The notes beneath the pieces are model-generated. The model was not told the DNA's origin and did not search any database. It was given only the letters and a program-made list of their open reading frames with translations. Positions 54,052 to 62,370 of a DNA stretch of 64,000 nt are shown in pieces. Position numbers and translations under genes: made by a program. Numbering within the stretch: the stretch's first letter is position 1; each line of letters starts with the position of its first letter. This stretch comes from a virus: positions 1-64,000 of IMG/VR virus record IMGVR_UViG_3300009068_000028. The stretch is one strand, 5' to 3'.

Positions 54052-54402
54052 ATGAAGGTCGGTATCCAAGGAACTAAAACCTTTGATGATTACAACGTAT
54101 TTCTACGTGCAATGCGTGTTGCTCTTTCAGAGATTAAGGAAGGCGATGAAGAATTTTTTATTTACACTTCTGGACCTACAAGAGTTAATGCGTTTGCAAT
54201 GGAATTTATCAATATAACAGAGCGTAGCCTAAAGGCTCAGGGTATTCGTACAAGAGTATTTAAGCTGCCACCAAAGGTACTAAAGGATTCTATGCATACT
54301 CTAGACTACTTTGCATTTTTTAGTAAGCCAAAAGAATCAACCTCTGATCTTGTGCGTGAGGCAGAGGATAAAGATATTGAAGTTGGGATCTTTAGATACT
54401 AA
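54052..54402 (+). CDS. SLOG/YspA-like protein (tentative)
   Basis: N-terminal MKVGIQGTKTFDDY resembles the IxGSRxFxDY start of YspA-like proteins. Confidence 0.4.
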   Translation: MKVGIQGTKTFDDYNVFLRAMRVALSEIKEGDEEFFIYTSGPTRVNAFAMEFINITERSLKAQGIRTRVFKLPPKVLKDSMHTLDYFAFFSKPKESTSDLVREAEDKDIEVGIFRY

Positions 54403-54782
54403 TGGAGTATGACCTGAGTAACAAAGAAAAAGCTTACCTATCTGTTGCACGATACTTTGCTTCGAAGTCGAAGTCTCGTAGAATGCACGGAGCGGTAGTA
54501 GTAAAGTCTGGACGAGTAATTGGTACAGGCTATAATAAGAATCGTAATAATCCTTATTATGTTTCACCTGAGCACATCAAAACGCACTGTTCTGTTCACG
54601 CAGAAGTTGATGCAATCAGAGATGCAAACTGGAATGTCAAAGGTGCAGTTATCTATGTAGCTAGAATAAATAGCAATGGTATAGATAGAGATAGCAAACC
54701 TTGCATTCGATGCCAATCAGTAATTGATGCGGCAGAAATCAAAAAAGTAATATACACAATAGGAGAAGATAATGAAGATTAA
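54402..54782 (+). CDS. CMP/dCMP-type Zn deaminase
   Basis: HGAVVV..GYN, HAE and PCIRC motifs. Confidence 0.85.
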   Translation: MEYDLSNKEKAYLSVARYFASKSKSRRMHGAVVVKSGRVIGTGYNKNRNNPYYVSPEHIKTHCSVHAEVDAIRDANWNVKGAVIYVARINSNGIDRDSKPCIRCQSVIDAAEIKKVIYTIGEDNED

Positions 54783-54993
54783 CTCTCTAGAACAAATGGA
54801 GACCATTGTAGAAAACAATAAGTCTCTTCTCTGGGATGGTTGGAATGTAAAAGAAATTACGCCATCACCAACTGGATGGACAAAGCCAAGCGGCATGTTC
54901 CGTAATAACGAGTGGTTCATTCAGAAACACTACAATCTTAGATATGATGGTTGGGATATCCCCAATAAGTTTGTGGGGAATGATGCAAAGTGA
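54772..54993 (+). CDS. Hypothetical Trp-rich protein
   Basis: AGGAG RBS; LLWDGWNV motif. Confidence 0.55.
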   Translation: MKINSLEQMETIVENNKSLLWDGWNVKEITPSPTGWTKPSGMFRNNEWFIQKHYNLRYDGWDIPNKFVGNDAK

Positions 54994-55267
54994 AGAATGG
55001 AAAAAACAAGCACGATGCGAAGGTTACGACACAAACCTATTCTTCGACAAATATGAAGAAGATCTTGACCTCAGAGTGGGGATAGACAATCTTTGTGCAG
55101 GGTGTCCTGTTGCAAGACTATGTTTTGCTACTGGAGTTTCTCAAAAAGCTTGGGGAGTCTGGGGTGGGGTATATCTTGAAAACGGAAAGATCTCACGAGA
55201 ATTCAATAAACACAGGTCAAAGGCTGATTGGGCTGAGACCTGGCAATCTTTAGTAACGGATAGATAA
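54980..55267 (+). CDS. whiB: WhiB-family Fe-S transcription factor
   Basis: W...ARC...LFF...C-x2-C-x5-C...GVWGG. Confidence 0.9.
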   Translation: MMQSEEWKKQARCEGYDTNLFFDKYEEDLDLRVGIDNLCAGCPVARLCFATGVSQKAWGVWGGVYLENGKISREFNKHRSKADWAETWQSLVTDR

Positions 55268-55269
55268 TT

Positions 55270-55494
55270 ATGGAACTATGGTCTTGGGTACTTGCGGCAA
55301 TTGGCGTATCAGGAATTTATTTTGTTGGCAGAAAAACTGTTTGGGGTTGGCTAATCCTATTGTTTAATGAAATAATTTGGATTGCTTACGCAATAATTAC
55401 TGAGCAATATGGCTTTATTGTTTCTGCTGTAGCATATGCAGTAGTATATATTAGATCATATTTGCACTGGAAGGAGGATTCGAATGTACACTGA
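55270..55494 (+). CDS. Small PnuC/PQ-loop-like membrane protein
   Basis: Three hydrophobic segments; WGW...WIAY...QYGF...SYLHW. Confidence 0.5.
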   Translation: MELWSWVLAAIGVSGIYFVGRKTVWGWLILLFNEIIWIAYAIITEQYGFIVSAVAYAVVYIRSYLHWKEDSNVH

Positions 55495-55729
55495 TGCAAT
55501 GAAACGTGCTGTTCACTCAATTACTGCACCAAAAGGATTTGGTCTAGATATCGTTGAGCATAATACTGAAGGCATTACCTGGATTGAGCTGGTAGCAGAT
55601 GAAATTAACTTTATGAAACTACTTGACAGAGACAAGCGTATTGCTGTAGAATATATGGTAAGGGTAAAAAAAGCACTAGAAGACAACGGTGCAATAGTAC
55701 AACTAACACGAAAGGCAGTGCCACAGTGA
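55484..55729 (+). CDS. Hypothetical protein
   Basis: AAGGAGG RBS. Confidence 0.6.
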   Translation: MYTDAMKRAVHSITAPKGFGLDIVEHNTEGITWIELVADEINFMKLLDRDKRIAVEYMVRVKKALEDNGAIVQLTRKAVPQ

Positions 55730-56139
55730 TTGAAGCAATTACAATTGGAATATTTTCAGTAGTAATCATAGTGCTAACTGGGATGCTTGTTAGAGAAAAA
55801 CTTTTTACAAAAAACTTAGCAAATGAATTACTACAAGTAATGGTTGACAATAGAACATTATTAACAAAAATAGAACATAGATCTACTGAAAAAGATATTG
55901 AGCAAACTGAAGGGTTTGTAAGATTTCTATCGGAATCACGAAACTGGGCATTTGAGTATATTGAAACTGTTCAGAGTGGTTTAAATAGTTTTGTCGAACA
56001 AGCAGGTCCACGACTTGAATACTTCGACAAATATGGCAGGGTAACGGCAAGTCCACATACAGAAGGGCTAGAAGATATTCTGGCTGCATATCGTGAACTA
56101 CAAAAACTGTTACCTGAAGAAAACAACAAGGAGAAATAA
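55726..56139 (+). CDS. Membrane-anchored protein
   Basis: N-terminal TM; SRNWAFEYIE motif. Confidence 0.55.
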   Translation: MIEAITIGIFSVVIIVLTGMLVREKLFTKNLANELLQVMVDNRTLLTKIEHRSTEKDIEQTEGFVRFLSESRNWAFEYIETVQSGLNSFVEQAGPRLEYFDKYGRVTASPHTEGLEDILAAYRELQKLLPEENNKEK

Positions 56140-56366
56140 TGAATAAGCAAATGATCGCAATGCTTGCATCGTATGGACGTAGCCTTTTGGCTGCTGGGCT
56201 TGCACTATATGCTGCAGGAGTAACAGAGCCAATGCAGCTTGCAAACGCACTATGGGCTGCACTACTTCCAGTAGTGATTCGCTACGTTAATCCAAATGAT
56301 CCAGGTTTTGGTCGTGTACCAACACCAGAAGAAGTTGATGCTGCAGTTAAGACTGAACAGAACTAA
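56139..56366 (+). CDS. Holin-like protein
   Basis: ASYGRS...ALLPVVIRYVNPNDPGFG actinophage holin-type pattern; AAGGAG RBS. Confidence 0.6.
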   Translation: MNKQMIAMLASYGRSLLAAGLALYAAGVTEPMQLANALWAALLPVVIRYVNPNDPGFGRVPTPEEVDAAVKTEQN

Positions 56367-56380
56367 TCTAGCACTAGAAG

Positions 56381-56408
56381 GTGGGCTATTTCGGTAGCCC
56401 ACTTTTTA
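56381..56408. terminator. Terminator between convergent operons
   Basis: GTGGGCTA-TTTCGG-TAGCCCAC followed by TTTTT. Confidence 0.8.
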
Positions 56409-57440
56409 TTGCCCTAAAATATTTAAGTATCTAGACTTTAATACACTTGGTGAAAAAGAGTTATAGCCAATATTAAATGCACGTTGCTTTTCAATATTTT
56501 TGTCAGACATTGCTACATAGTAGTCAATATTTTCTGCAAGCTTTTGTGCATTAACATCATAACAAATAACAGGAGTAGCCAGTCTGATTACTCCAAGTTC
56601 TTCAGAAACAGTCAGCCATTCTTTTGGAAGAATCAAGTTGTTTGGAGAAACGTCTGTCATAAAAACTGGTAAACCACTAAGCAAGGCTTCATTCATAGGC
56701 AAGCACAAGCCAGCATATCTTCTAGGTAGAATCATACCATCAAAGCCAGTGTACATATCTTGTCTATGTTTTACATTATCAATCTCAACAGTGATGCGTG
56801 AGTCTAATCTTTTAGTGTTGATTGGTGTTTGACTCTTGACTACTAACTCAAAATCTGCCTTAGAGTGTCGCATCATTTCAAAAATACTCTCTGTTCCATT
56901 ACGATCATTTGCAGCAGCCTTACCAGCAATGTGTAGCATACGCTTATGATCTTTAGACATATTTGTTTCTAGTGCTTTTTCAAATAACTCTGGTCTTGTT
57001 GGTGGAGGAATGTGATATACCTTGGCTTGGTTAAAAAATCTTTTATTAACTTTTTCAATCATCCAGGGACTTGGCGATATAAGAACATCTGCAAGAGATC
57101 TTTTATCTGCTTTTAAATTTCCAAATAGCTCGTAATTATATTGAAGATATGTTCTGACACCTTTTGACCTTGCAAGTGTGGGAGTATTGTCATTATAAAA
57201 TGTCTCACAACTTAACAAAGCATCAAGGTCTTTTAAAAAATTATTCATTTCTTCATCCGTTGGAAAACCTTTACAGATAATATAGTCACGTTCTGCATAC
57301 CACTCAAAGTGCTGTTGATTACCGTTATAAGATGTAAAATCAATAATCATAATCTTGTATGGATTTAACATTTGTGTTAGCTCATATGTCTGATTGCCAA
57401 GACCAGTATTGTCTGCTCTTACAATTATTCCTAATTTCAT
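56406..57440 (-). CDS. GT-B glycosyltransferase
   Basis: DNTGLGNQT and PRRYAGLCLPMNEALLSGLPV motifs; ATG overlaps the upstream TGA. Confidence 0.75.
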   Translation of the reverse strand: MKLGIIVRADNTGLGNQTYELTQMLNPYKIMIIDFTSYNGNQQHFEWYAERDYIICKGFPTDEEMNNFLKDLDALLSCETFYNDNTPTLARSKGVRTYLQYNYELFGNLKADKRSLADVLISPSPWMIEKVNKRFFNQAKVYHIPPPTRPELFEKALETNMSKDHKRMLHIAGKAAANDRNGTESIFEMMRHSKADFELVVKSQTPINTKRLDSRITVEIDNVKHRQDMYTGFDGMILPRRYAGLCLPMNEALLSGLPVFMTDVSPNNLILPKEWLTVSEELGVIRLATPVICYDVNAQKLAENIDYYVAMSDKNIEKQRAFNIGYNSFSPSVLKSRYLNILGQ

Positions 57441-58198
57441 GCCTCTGTAAGTCCCCAAGCTTCATCATCATCAGTAAACTTTTTTAAATGTCTGCGTCCA
57501 TCTAAATTGTTTACAACTCTAATGTCATCTTTGTTTTGTGGATTGTACAACCACAGCCTGTGCTCCATCCAACCTGTATCACTATCCTTGCAATCTGATA
57601 AAAGTTTTCCATAATACTTATCTTCAATAAAAAGTTTGGGGGTAGTATTAGGTAGCACCATATTTCGATAATACCAGACGTGAGAGAAATGCGGTTGCTG
57701 ACTCCACTGGTAGCATTTGAGAAAGTCTCCTTCTTGCTCTTTCATAAGATACATATGGTCTGGCTCAACTACTTTATTAAATGTATAAAATCTAACTGTG
57801 TATGCTTTTTCAGAATCAAGCATATCCATTATTTCTTGCCAGTTAATATTTAAGTTATCTTGTAAAGCAATATCACCTTCAATGTAAAACATTATTGATG
57901 TTTTAATAAGATCAATTGTTTTTTGCATCATTGTTGATTGATGGCTATGTTCATCAAAAATAATTGGTAAAACATTATGCCATTCATGTAGACACTTCCA
58001 AAGAATTCTATTTTTATATTCGTCATACATTTCTTTACGATGATTCTGTTCTCCCCTAAGACCATCAACTTGTAGAATAATTTCATTGTCTGGAAAGTAT
58101 TGTCTTACACTTCTAATTACTTCATCAATAATTTCGGTACTAGGGTGTAGTGGACTAACTGATGTTGGAATAACTATAGTTACGTCTTTAATATGCAT
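57437..58198 (-). CDS. GT-A (GT2-like) glycosyltransferase
   Basis: VTIVIPTS, ILQVDG, YIEGD and WSQQPH motifs. Confidence 0.6.
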   Translation of the reverse strand: MHIKDVTIVIPTSVSPLHPSTEIIDEVIRSVRQYFPDNEIILQVDGLRGEQNHRKEMYDEYKNRILWKCLHEWHNVLPIIFDEHSHQSTMMQKTIDLIKTSIMFYIEGDIALQDNLNINWQEIMDMLDSEKAYTVRFYTFNKVVEPDHMYLMKEQEGDFLKCYQWSQQPHFSHVWYYRNMVLPNTTPKLFIEDKYYGKLLSDCKDSDTGWMEHRLWLYNPQNKDDIRVVNNLDGRRHLKKFTDDDEAWGLTEA

Positions 58199-59033
58199 TT
58201 ATTTGCTCCATAATCTTATATGCAAAATCCCTCTTCTGCTTAATCCACCAAGAGACTGCCCTGTGCATATTTGCTGGATAGTCTTCTAACAATTGTTGGA
58301 CTAACACTCGAAGTTTATTCCAATCACTTATCTGACTTACTGGCATATCCGTAAACAATGTTTCCCAAAAACCGTAGGCTTCTCCAACACTACTTATCTT
58401 GTCAGCAATCGGTAGAGCCAACATTTCTAATCCTTCGTAAAATCTAAAAGAATCAATTGTAGCGTTGCCAGCAGGGGCAGGAGCAAACCTAGCAGAAGCC
58501 AATAGATTGTAGTAGTCTTTTGGTGTCTCACCCTGTGTAAAGCCTTCTGTAAACTTATAGACTGTGTTTGAAAGTTTCTTTAGGGCTTGTGCAAGCTCTT
58601 TCCTACGTGGGTGAGTTATCTGACCAGCAAAGTAAATATCTGTTGTTTTTGTTGGATAATCTGGAATAACATTGTTTTTGTGGTTTGGAGTTCCAAGCGG
58701 CAACTTGTTGTATGACGAATGACGAGGGTAGGGAGATTGAATCCAAATTTCAACATTAGGGTGAGAGATCTTTTCAACACCAAACACACCAAGCTCGTCT
58801 GCTGTAACAAACAACACAAGCCTTCTAATGTTAGATAAACTTTTATTTAAAGTTTCTTCGAGACCAGTCCACTCAAAACCAGGAATAACAACAAATGCTC
58901 TGTCTGTTTTTGGTAGTTTGTTTACTTTAACAACATCAACACGGTTTCTTGTAAAGGCTTCTTGCAAAAATCCAAAGTCCCACTTATCATCTGGAAATCC
59001 TTTTCCTTTTGGAGTAAAAGAATAAGCTATCAA
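58188..59033 (-). CDS. Exostosin (GT47)-like glycosyltransferase
   Basis: YFAGQ..RKEL and YYNLLASARFAPAPAG...SFRFYEGLEMLALPI motifs; TTG start in a TTGA overlap. Confidence 0.65.
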   Translation of the reverse strand: MIAYSFTPKGKGFPDDKWDFGFLQEAFTRNRVDVVKVNKLPKTDRAFVVIPGFEWTGLEETLNKSLSNIRRLVLFVTADELGVFGVEKISHPNVEIWIQSPYPRHSSYNKLPLGTPNHKNNVIPDYPTKTTDIYFAGQITHPRRKELAQALKKLSNTVYKFTEGFTQGETPKDYYNLLASARFAPAPAGNATIDSFRFYEGLEMLALPIADKISSVGEAYGFWETLFTDMPVSQISDWNKLRVLVQQLLEDYPANMHRAVSWWIKQKRDFAYKIMEQINAY

Positions 59034-59986
59034 TTTATTCCAAGTTCCTTTAAGATTGTTGCCCATCTATGCTTGTATGTGTGTTCATTCTTTGCACGTT
59101 CGTGTCCAGCAAACCTAATTGCTTCTCGTTCTTCGTTGTGTTCAATATAATAATCAATTTTTTCTTTTAAATCCCTAATGTTTCCGTGTTCATAGAACAC
59201 AATCTCTTTCTTGTTTTCAAAAAAAGTATCAAGCCCTAGAATGTTTGGGTAGATTGTAAATCCTGCACGACCAGTAGACTCAAACAATCTGTCCGAAGAG
59301 TAGTAAGGATAGTTAAAGTTAATGTTGAGCGTATCTCCAATTGCAATTTTACTACGAGCATAGATACGATTTAAATCGTTACCCCTTACAACACCTGTAT
59401 CTCCATCTCCACCAACGTGAAGAAATCTTTTGCCATAAAGTTCTCTTAAAGCAGTTACAAGTCTTGGGCGGTATGGGTATTCAGGATGATAGTTCTTGCT
59501 ACCAACAAAGATAACATCATAATCAAACGTGCCGTTATAGTCTGGGTGAACATAACACTCAGGACCGAAGACTCCAGCAGGAAGGAAGTGACCTTTAACC
59601 TTAGTATTCTCGTTAAACCAATCAGCCATTAATTTATCAGTGGCAAAGAAGTGACCGATGTTTTTATAGAAAGGATCATTCTCAAGATCGTGCTGACGCT
59701 TAAGACCAAACCATAGGTCTAAGTGATAGGTCATAGTTGGTACATTAGAATCTTTAAGTTCCTGAAGAATATCTATTCTTTCTTGACCAGGCGTATTCCA
59801 TCCGTGAGTATGAACCCAAACAAAAAGGTCTGAGGTAACCGCCTCACGAAGAACCTTCCCAATGGTTGTTCCTCGTCCTTCTTGAAACTTAACTACGGTA
59901 TGACCTAATGCTTCTAAAGATTTTGCGTGATGATTCTCACTGCTAAAATCTACCTGGAAGTTTCCAAGAAATGTAATCTTTGCCAA
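59030..59986 (-). CDS. CgeB/Glyco_trans_1_2-like glycosyltransferase
   Basis: DVIFVGS, IYARSKI, SDRLFE and ERE.IRFAGHERAKNEHTYKHR motifs. Confidence 0.75.
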   Translation of the reverse strand: MAKITFLGNFQVDFSSENHHAKSLEALGHTVVKFQEGRGTTIGKVLREAVTSDLFVWVHTHGWNTPGQERIDILQELKDSNVPTMTYHLDLWFGLKRQHDLENDPFYKNIGHFFATDKLMADWFNENTKVKGHFLPAGVFGPECYVHPDYNGTFDYDVIFVGSKNYHPEYPYRPRLVTALRELYGKRFLHVGGDGDTGVVRGNDLNRIYARSKIAIGDTLNINFNYPYYSSDRLFESTGRAGFTIYPNILGLDTFFENKKEIVFYEHGNIRDLKEKIDYYIEHNEEREAIRFAGHERAKNEHTYKHRWATILKELGIN

Positions 59987-60041
59987 AATAACCTCTTCTG
60001 TTATGTTTCTATTTTATCATATTGTGTTGTATACTATAAGT

Positions 60042-60123
60042 GTCCCTCACACTATCTTAGGATGGATTAGTTACCCAAATGATAAGACCGTGGCTAACTG
60101 CAGCGGATTTCGGTGTGAGGGAC
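60042..60123 (+). ncRNA. Predicted structured small RNA of unknown class
   Basis: 11-bp closing stem GTCCCTCACAC/GTGTGAGGGAC; TATACT -10 at 60030-60035 places +1 at the stem start; downstream T-run; internal helices with complementary loops. Confidence 0.6.
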
Positions 60124-60149
60124 TCTATTTTTTATGGTATAATATTTGT

Positions 60150-61277
60150 ATGCCATATAGCGTTGGAGAAAAAGGGTCTTACGGTTGCTCAGGTTACCCA
60201 GCCGTTAAAGACGACGGAACAGTAATGGGATGCCATAAGACAGCTGAAGAAGCTGCTAATCAAATTTATGCCATCAATGTCAGTGAGGGCAACATCGATC
60301 CAAAGTCTGGACATTCTGGAATGAGCGATGAAGAAGAACGTATGAAGCGTCGTGAAAGAATGTACAAAGCTGATATTAAAGAAGGCGACTACGTAATGGG
60401 AATGACTGTAGAAGGAATGGCTCACGGAAGAGTAGAACACATTATGCTAGAAGGTGGAACTCTTGGGGAGCCTGGAACAGCATACGCACTTGAGTCTATG
60501 CCACCAGAGAACCCAGCAATGTCCGTAAGAGTTTATGAAGAGGGTGAAGACGGAATGTGGGAAGCAACTGCCTATAGCATTGGAATGATGTATCAAGATG
60601 CTACACGTCTTGACGATTTACAAGGACACCACATGGAAGACGAAGAAAATGATTATCAAATGGATATGATGGCTAAGGCTGAAACATATTCTCCAACAGA
60701 AGGAATGAAGTCTGCTGCTCGTCGTGCTCTTAAATGGAAAGCTGAAGGCAAGGCTACAGGTGCAGGAACTCCAGTCGGATGGGGAAGAGCATCAGATATC
60801 GTAGCAGGAAGAGCTATGTCTCTTAGTGTAGTTAAGCGTATGTATTCTTTCTTCTCACGTCACGAAGTAGACAAGAAAGGCAAAGACTTTAATAACACTG
60901 CTAACCCTAGCAATGGTCGCATTATGTGGGATGCTTGGGGTGGAGATGCAGGATTTTCCTGGTCACGTGGCATTGCCGAGCGTATGAAGGATAAAGCTTT
61001 GTTTGCTAATTTTGGTAAAGACTATACAAAGTCTAAGCCAGTAGATCTATTTAAAGCAATTGGTGTTGGCTCTATGGTTAGTTGGAATTCTTCTGGCGGT
61101 AGAGCAACAGGTAAGATTACTAGAATTATTCGTAATGGATCTTACAATGTTCCAGGCACAGATGTTACAATCAATGGTACTCCAGATAATCCTGCTGCAG
61201 TAATCACTCTATACCGTGACGGTAAGCCAACAGACACAATTGTTTCACACAGAATGAACACTCTTAGAGCCTCCTAG
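60150..61277 (+). CDS. Modular head-associated protein with two SH3/Tudor (DUF2945-like) modules and a helical W-rich module
   Basis: Leaderless ATG at 60150. Modules DIKEGDYV...ENPA and IGVGSMVSW...DNPA, plus KRMYSFFSRHE...WDAWGGDAG. Confidence 0.6.
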   Translation: MPYSVGEKGSYGCSGYPAVKDDGTVMGCHKTAEEAANQIYAINVSEGNIDPKSGHSGMSDEEERMKRRERMYKADIKEGDYVMGMTVEGMAHGRVEHIMLEGGTLGEPGTAYALESMPPENPAMSVRVYEEGEDGMWEATAYSIGMMYQDATRLDDLQGHHMEDEENDYQMDMMAKAETYSPTEGMKSAARRALKWKAEGKATGAGTPVGWGRASDIVAGRAMSLSVVKRMYSFFSRHEVDKKGKDFNNTANPSNGRIMWDAWGGDAGFSWSRGIAERMKDKALFANFGKDYTKSKPVDLFKAIGVGSMVSWNSSGGRATGKITRIIRNGSYNVPGTDVTINGTPDNPAAVITLYRDGKPTDTIVSHRMNTLRAS

Positions 61278-61341
61278 ACTTGACAATCCTTGTCAGTTGC
61301 TGTAAAATATAAGTATAACAACTAACGCATTAGGAGAGACA

Positions 61342-61518
61342 ATGCATACTGATGAATTGCTTGAGGTAATGTTTGGACTCGAACACGTTATTGCAGAAAT
61401 GTTCTGGAATACTGTTTGGTTTGGCATTGCTTTTTTGCTTGGACAATTTATTGCATTCCGCAAGGTACACAAGTACATTGACGAGAAGCACGGAGTAACC
61501 CACGAGGAAGGCTATTGA
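61342..61518 (+). CDS. Small membrane protein (58 aa, absent from the ORF track)
   Basis: MHTDELLEVMFGLEHVIAEMFWNTVWFGIAFLLGQFIAFRKVHKYIDEKHGVTHEEGY; AGGAG RBS; promoter TTGACA-N17-TAAAAT at 61280-61308. Confidence 0.7.
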   Translation: MHTDELLEVMFGLEHVIAEMFWNTVWFGIAFLLGQFIAFRKVHKYIDEKHGVTHEEGY

Positions 61519-61535
61519 TGGGGTATAATTATCTT

Positions 61536-62216
61536 ATGGAACAAGAAGATGCAAACAGTTATCCTCGTGCATATTTTGGGAAAACTATTCCCATAGAAGA
61601 AAATACAAACGTAGTTGTTATTGGTGAAACACCAGTAGCACCACCAAAAGGAGAAGATAAAGTGGTAACAGTAAAACGTAAAAGAATTAGCCAACAGCAA
61701 TCTGCATTAAAGAAAGCTGAAAGAGTTAAGAATGCATTGTATGCAAAGCAAGAAGCAAAACGTGCTCCAAAAGTACAGATTGACCAAGGAATAGTTCTTT
61801 GGACCTGGATTATTGGTGTTGTAATTGCTTTCGGAACTTCGGCGGTAGTGTCCTTTAATGGAATCACTGCAGTAGCAGAGTATGTAGGACTAGCAGCACC
61901 CTGGATGGCAACATTATTCTTCTTCTTTGTTGAGTTGATGTATGTGCTATTCCTTATGGCTTACCTTGTTCTTAAATCTCGAATTGATGAACAGGGAAAT
62001 CCTGAACGAACAGGTGGTGCATTCTGGGGCATGTTTATGTTTGGCTCTATTGCAGTTGCTGCTAATGGATTTCATACCCTTGACTTCTGGCAGTATGAGT
62101 GGACTAACCCACAAATGTGGGCAGGTATTGTTCTAAGTATTGCTGCTCCTATCGCTATTATTAGTGCCTCAAAGATGGCTTCTAGAGTAGTGTTTGCCAA
62201 GTCTATACAGCTCTAG
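61536..62216 (+). CDS. Four-TM membrane protein (DUF2637-like)
   Basis: Basic soluble N-terminus followed by four hydrophobic helices; leaderless start. Confidence 0.55.
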   Translation: MEQEDANSYPRAYFGKTIPIEENTNVVVIGETPVAPPKGEDKVVTVKRKRISQQQSALKKAERVKNALYAKQEAKRAPKVQIDQGIVLWTWIIGVVIAFGTSAVVSFNGITAVAEYVGLAAPWMATLFFFFVELMYVLFLMAYLVLKSRIDEQGNPERTGGAFWGMFMFGSIAVAANGFHTLDFWQYEWTNPQMWAGIVLSIAAPIAIISASKMASRVVFAKSIQL

Positions 62217-62223
62217 GTTAACT

Positions 62224-62297
62224 GGGGCAGTAGCATAACAGGTAAATGCAATACTCTTATAAGGTATCGATAATGGGTTCAAGCCCCATCTGCCCTA
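62224..62297 (+). tRNA. tRNA-Ile(TAT)
   Basis: GGGGCAG/CTGCCCT acceptor, ATACT-CTTATAA-GGTAT arm, GTTCAAGC, discriminator A. Confidence 0.85.
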
Positions 62298-62298
62298 C

Positions 62299-62370
62299 GC
62301 CCTTGTAGCTCAGAGGAAGAGCAGCAGGTTTCTACCCTGCGTGTCGCTGGTTCGATTCCAGTCAGGGGTT
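62299..62370 (+). tRNA. tRNA-Arg(TCT)
   Basis: GCCCTTG/CAGGGGT acceptor, GCAGG-TTTCTAC-CCTGC arm, GTTCGATTC. Confidence 0.88.

Noticed and set aside
60003-60149. N-terminal extension of the 424-aa ORF
   Set aside because: It crosses the structured RNA and promoters; ATG 60150 after TGGTATAAT is a better start.
61293-61478. Minus-strand 61-aa ORF
   Set aside because: The plus-strand 61342..61518 ORF has both a promoter and an RBS.
62329-62335. Possible amber suppressor reading (CTA) in the tRNA loop TTTCTAC
   Set aside because: The 5-bp stem centres the anticodon on TCT, and TAG acts as a normal stop in many genes, so there is no sign of recoding.
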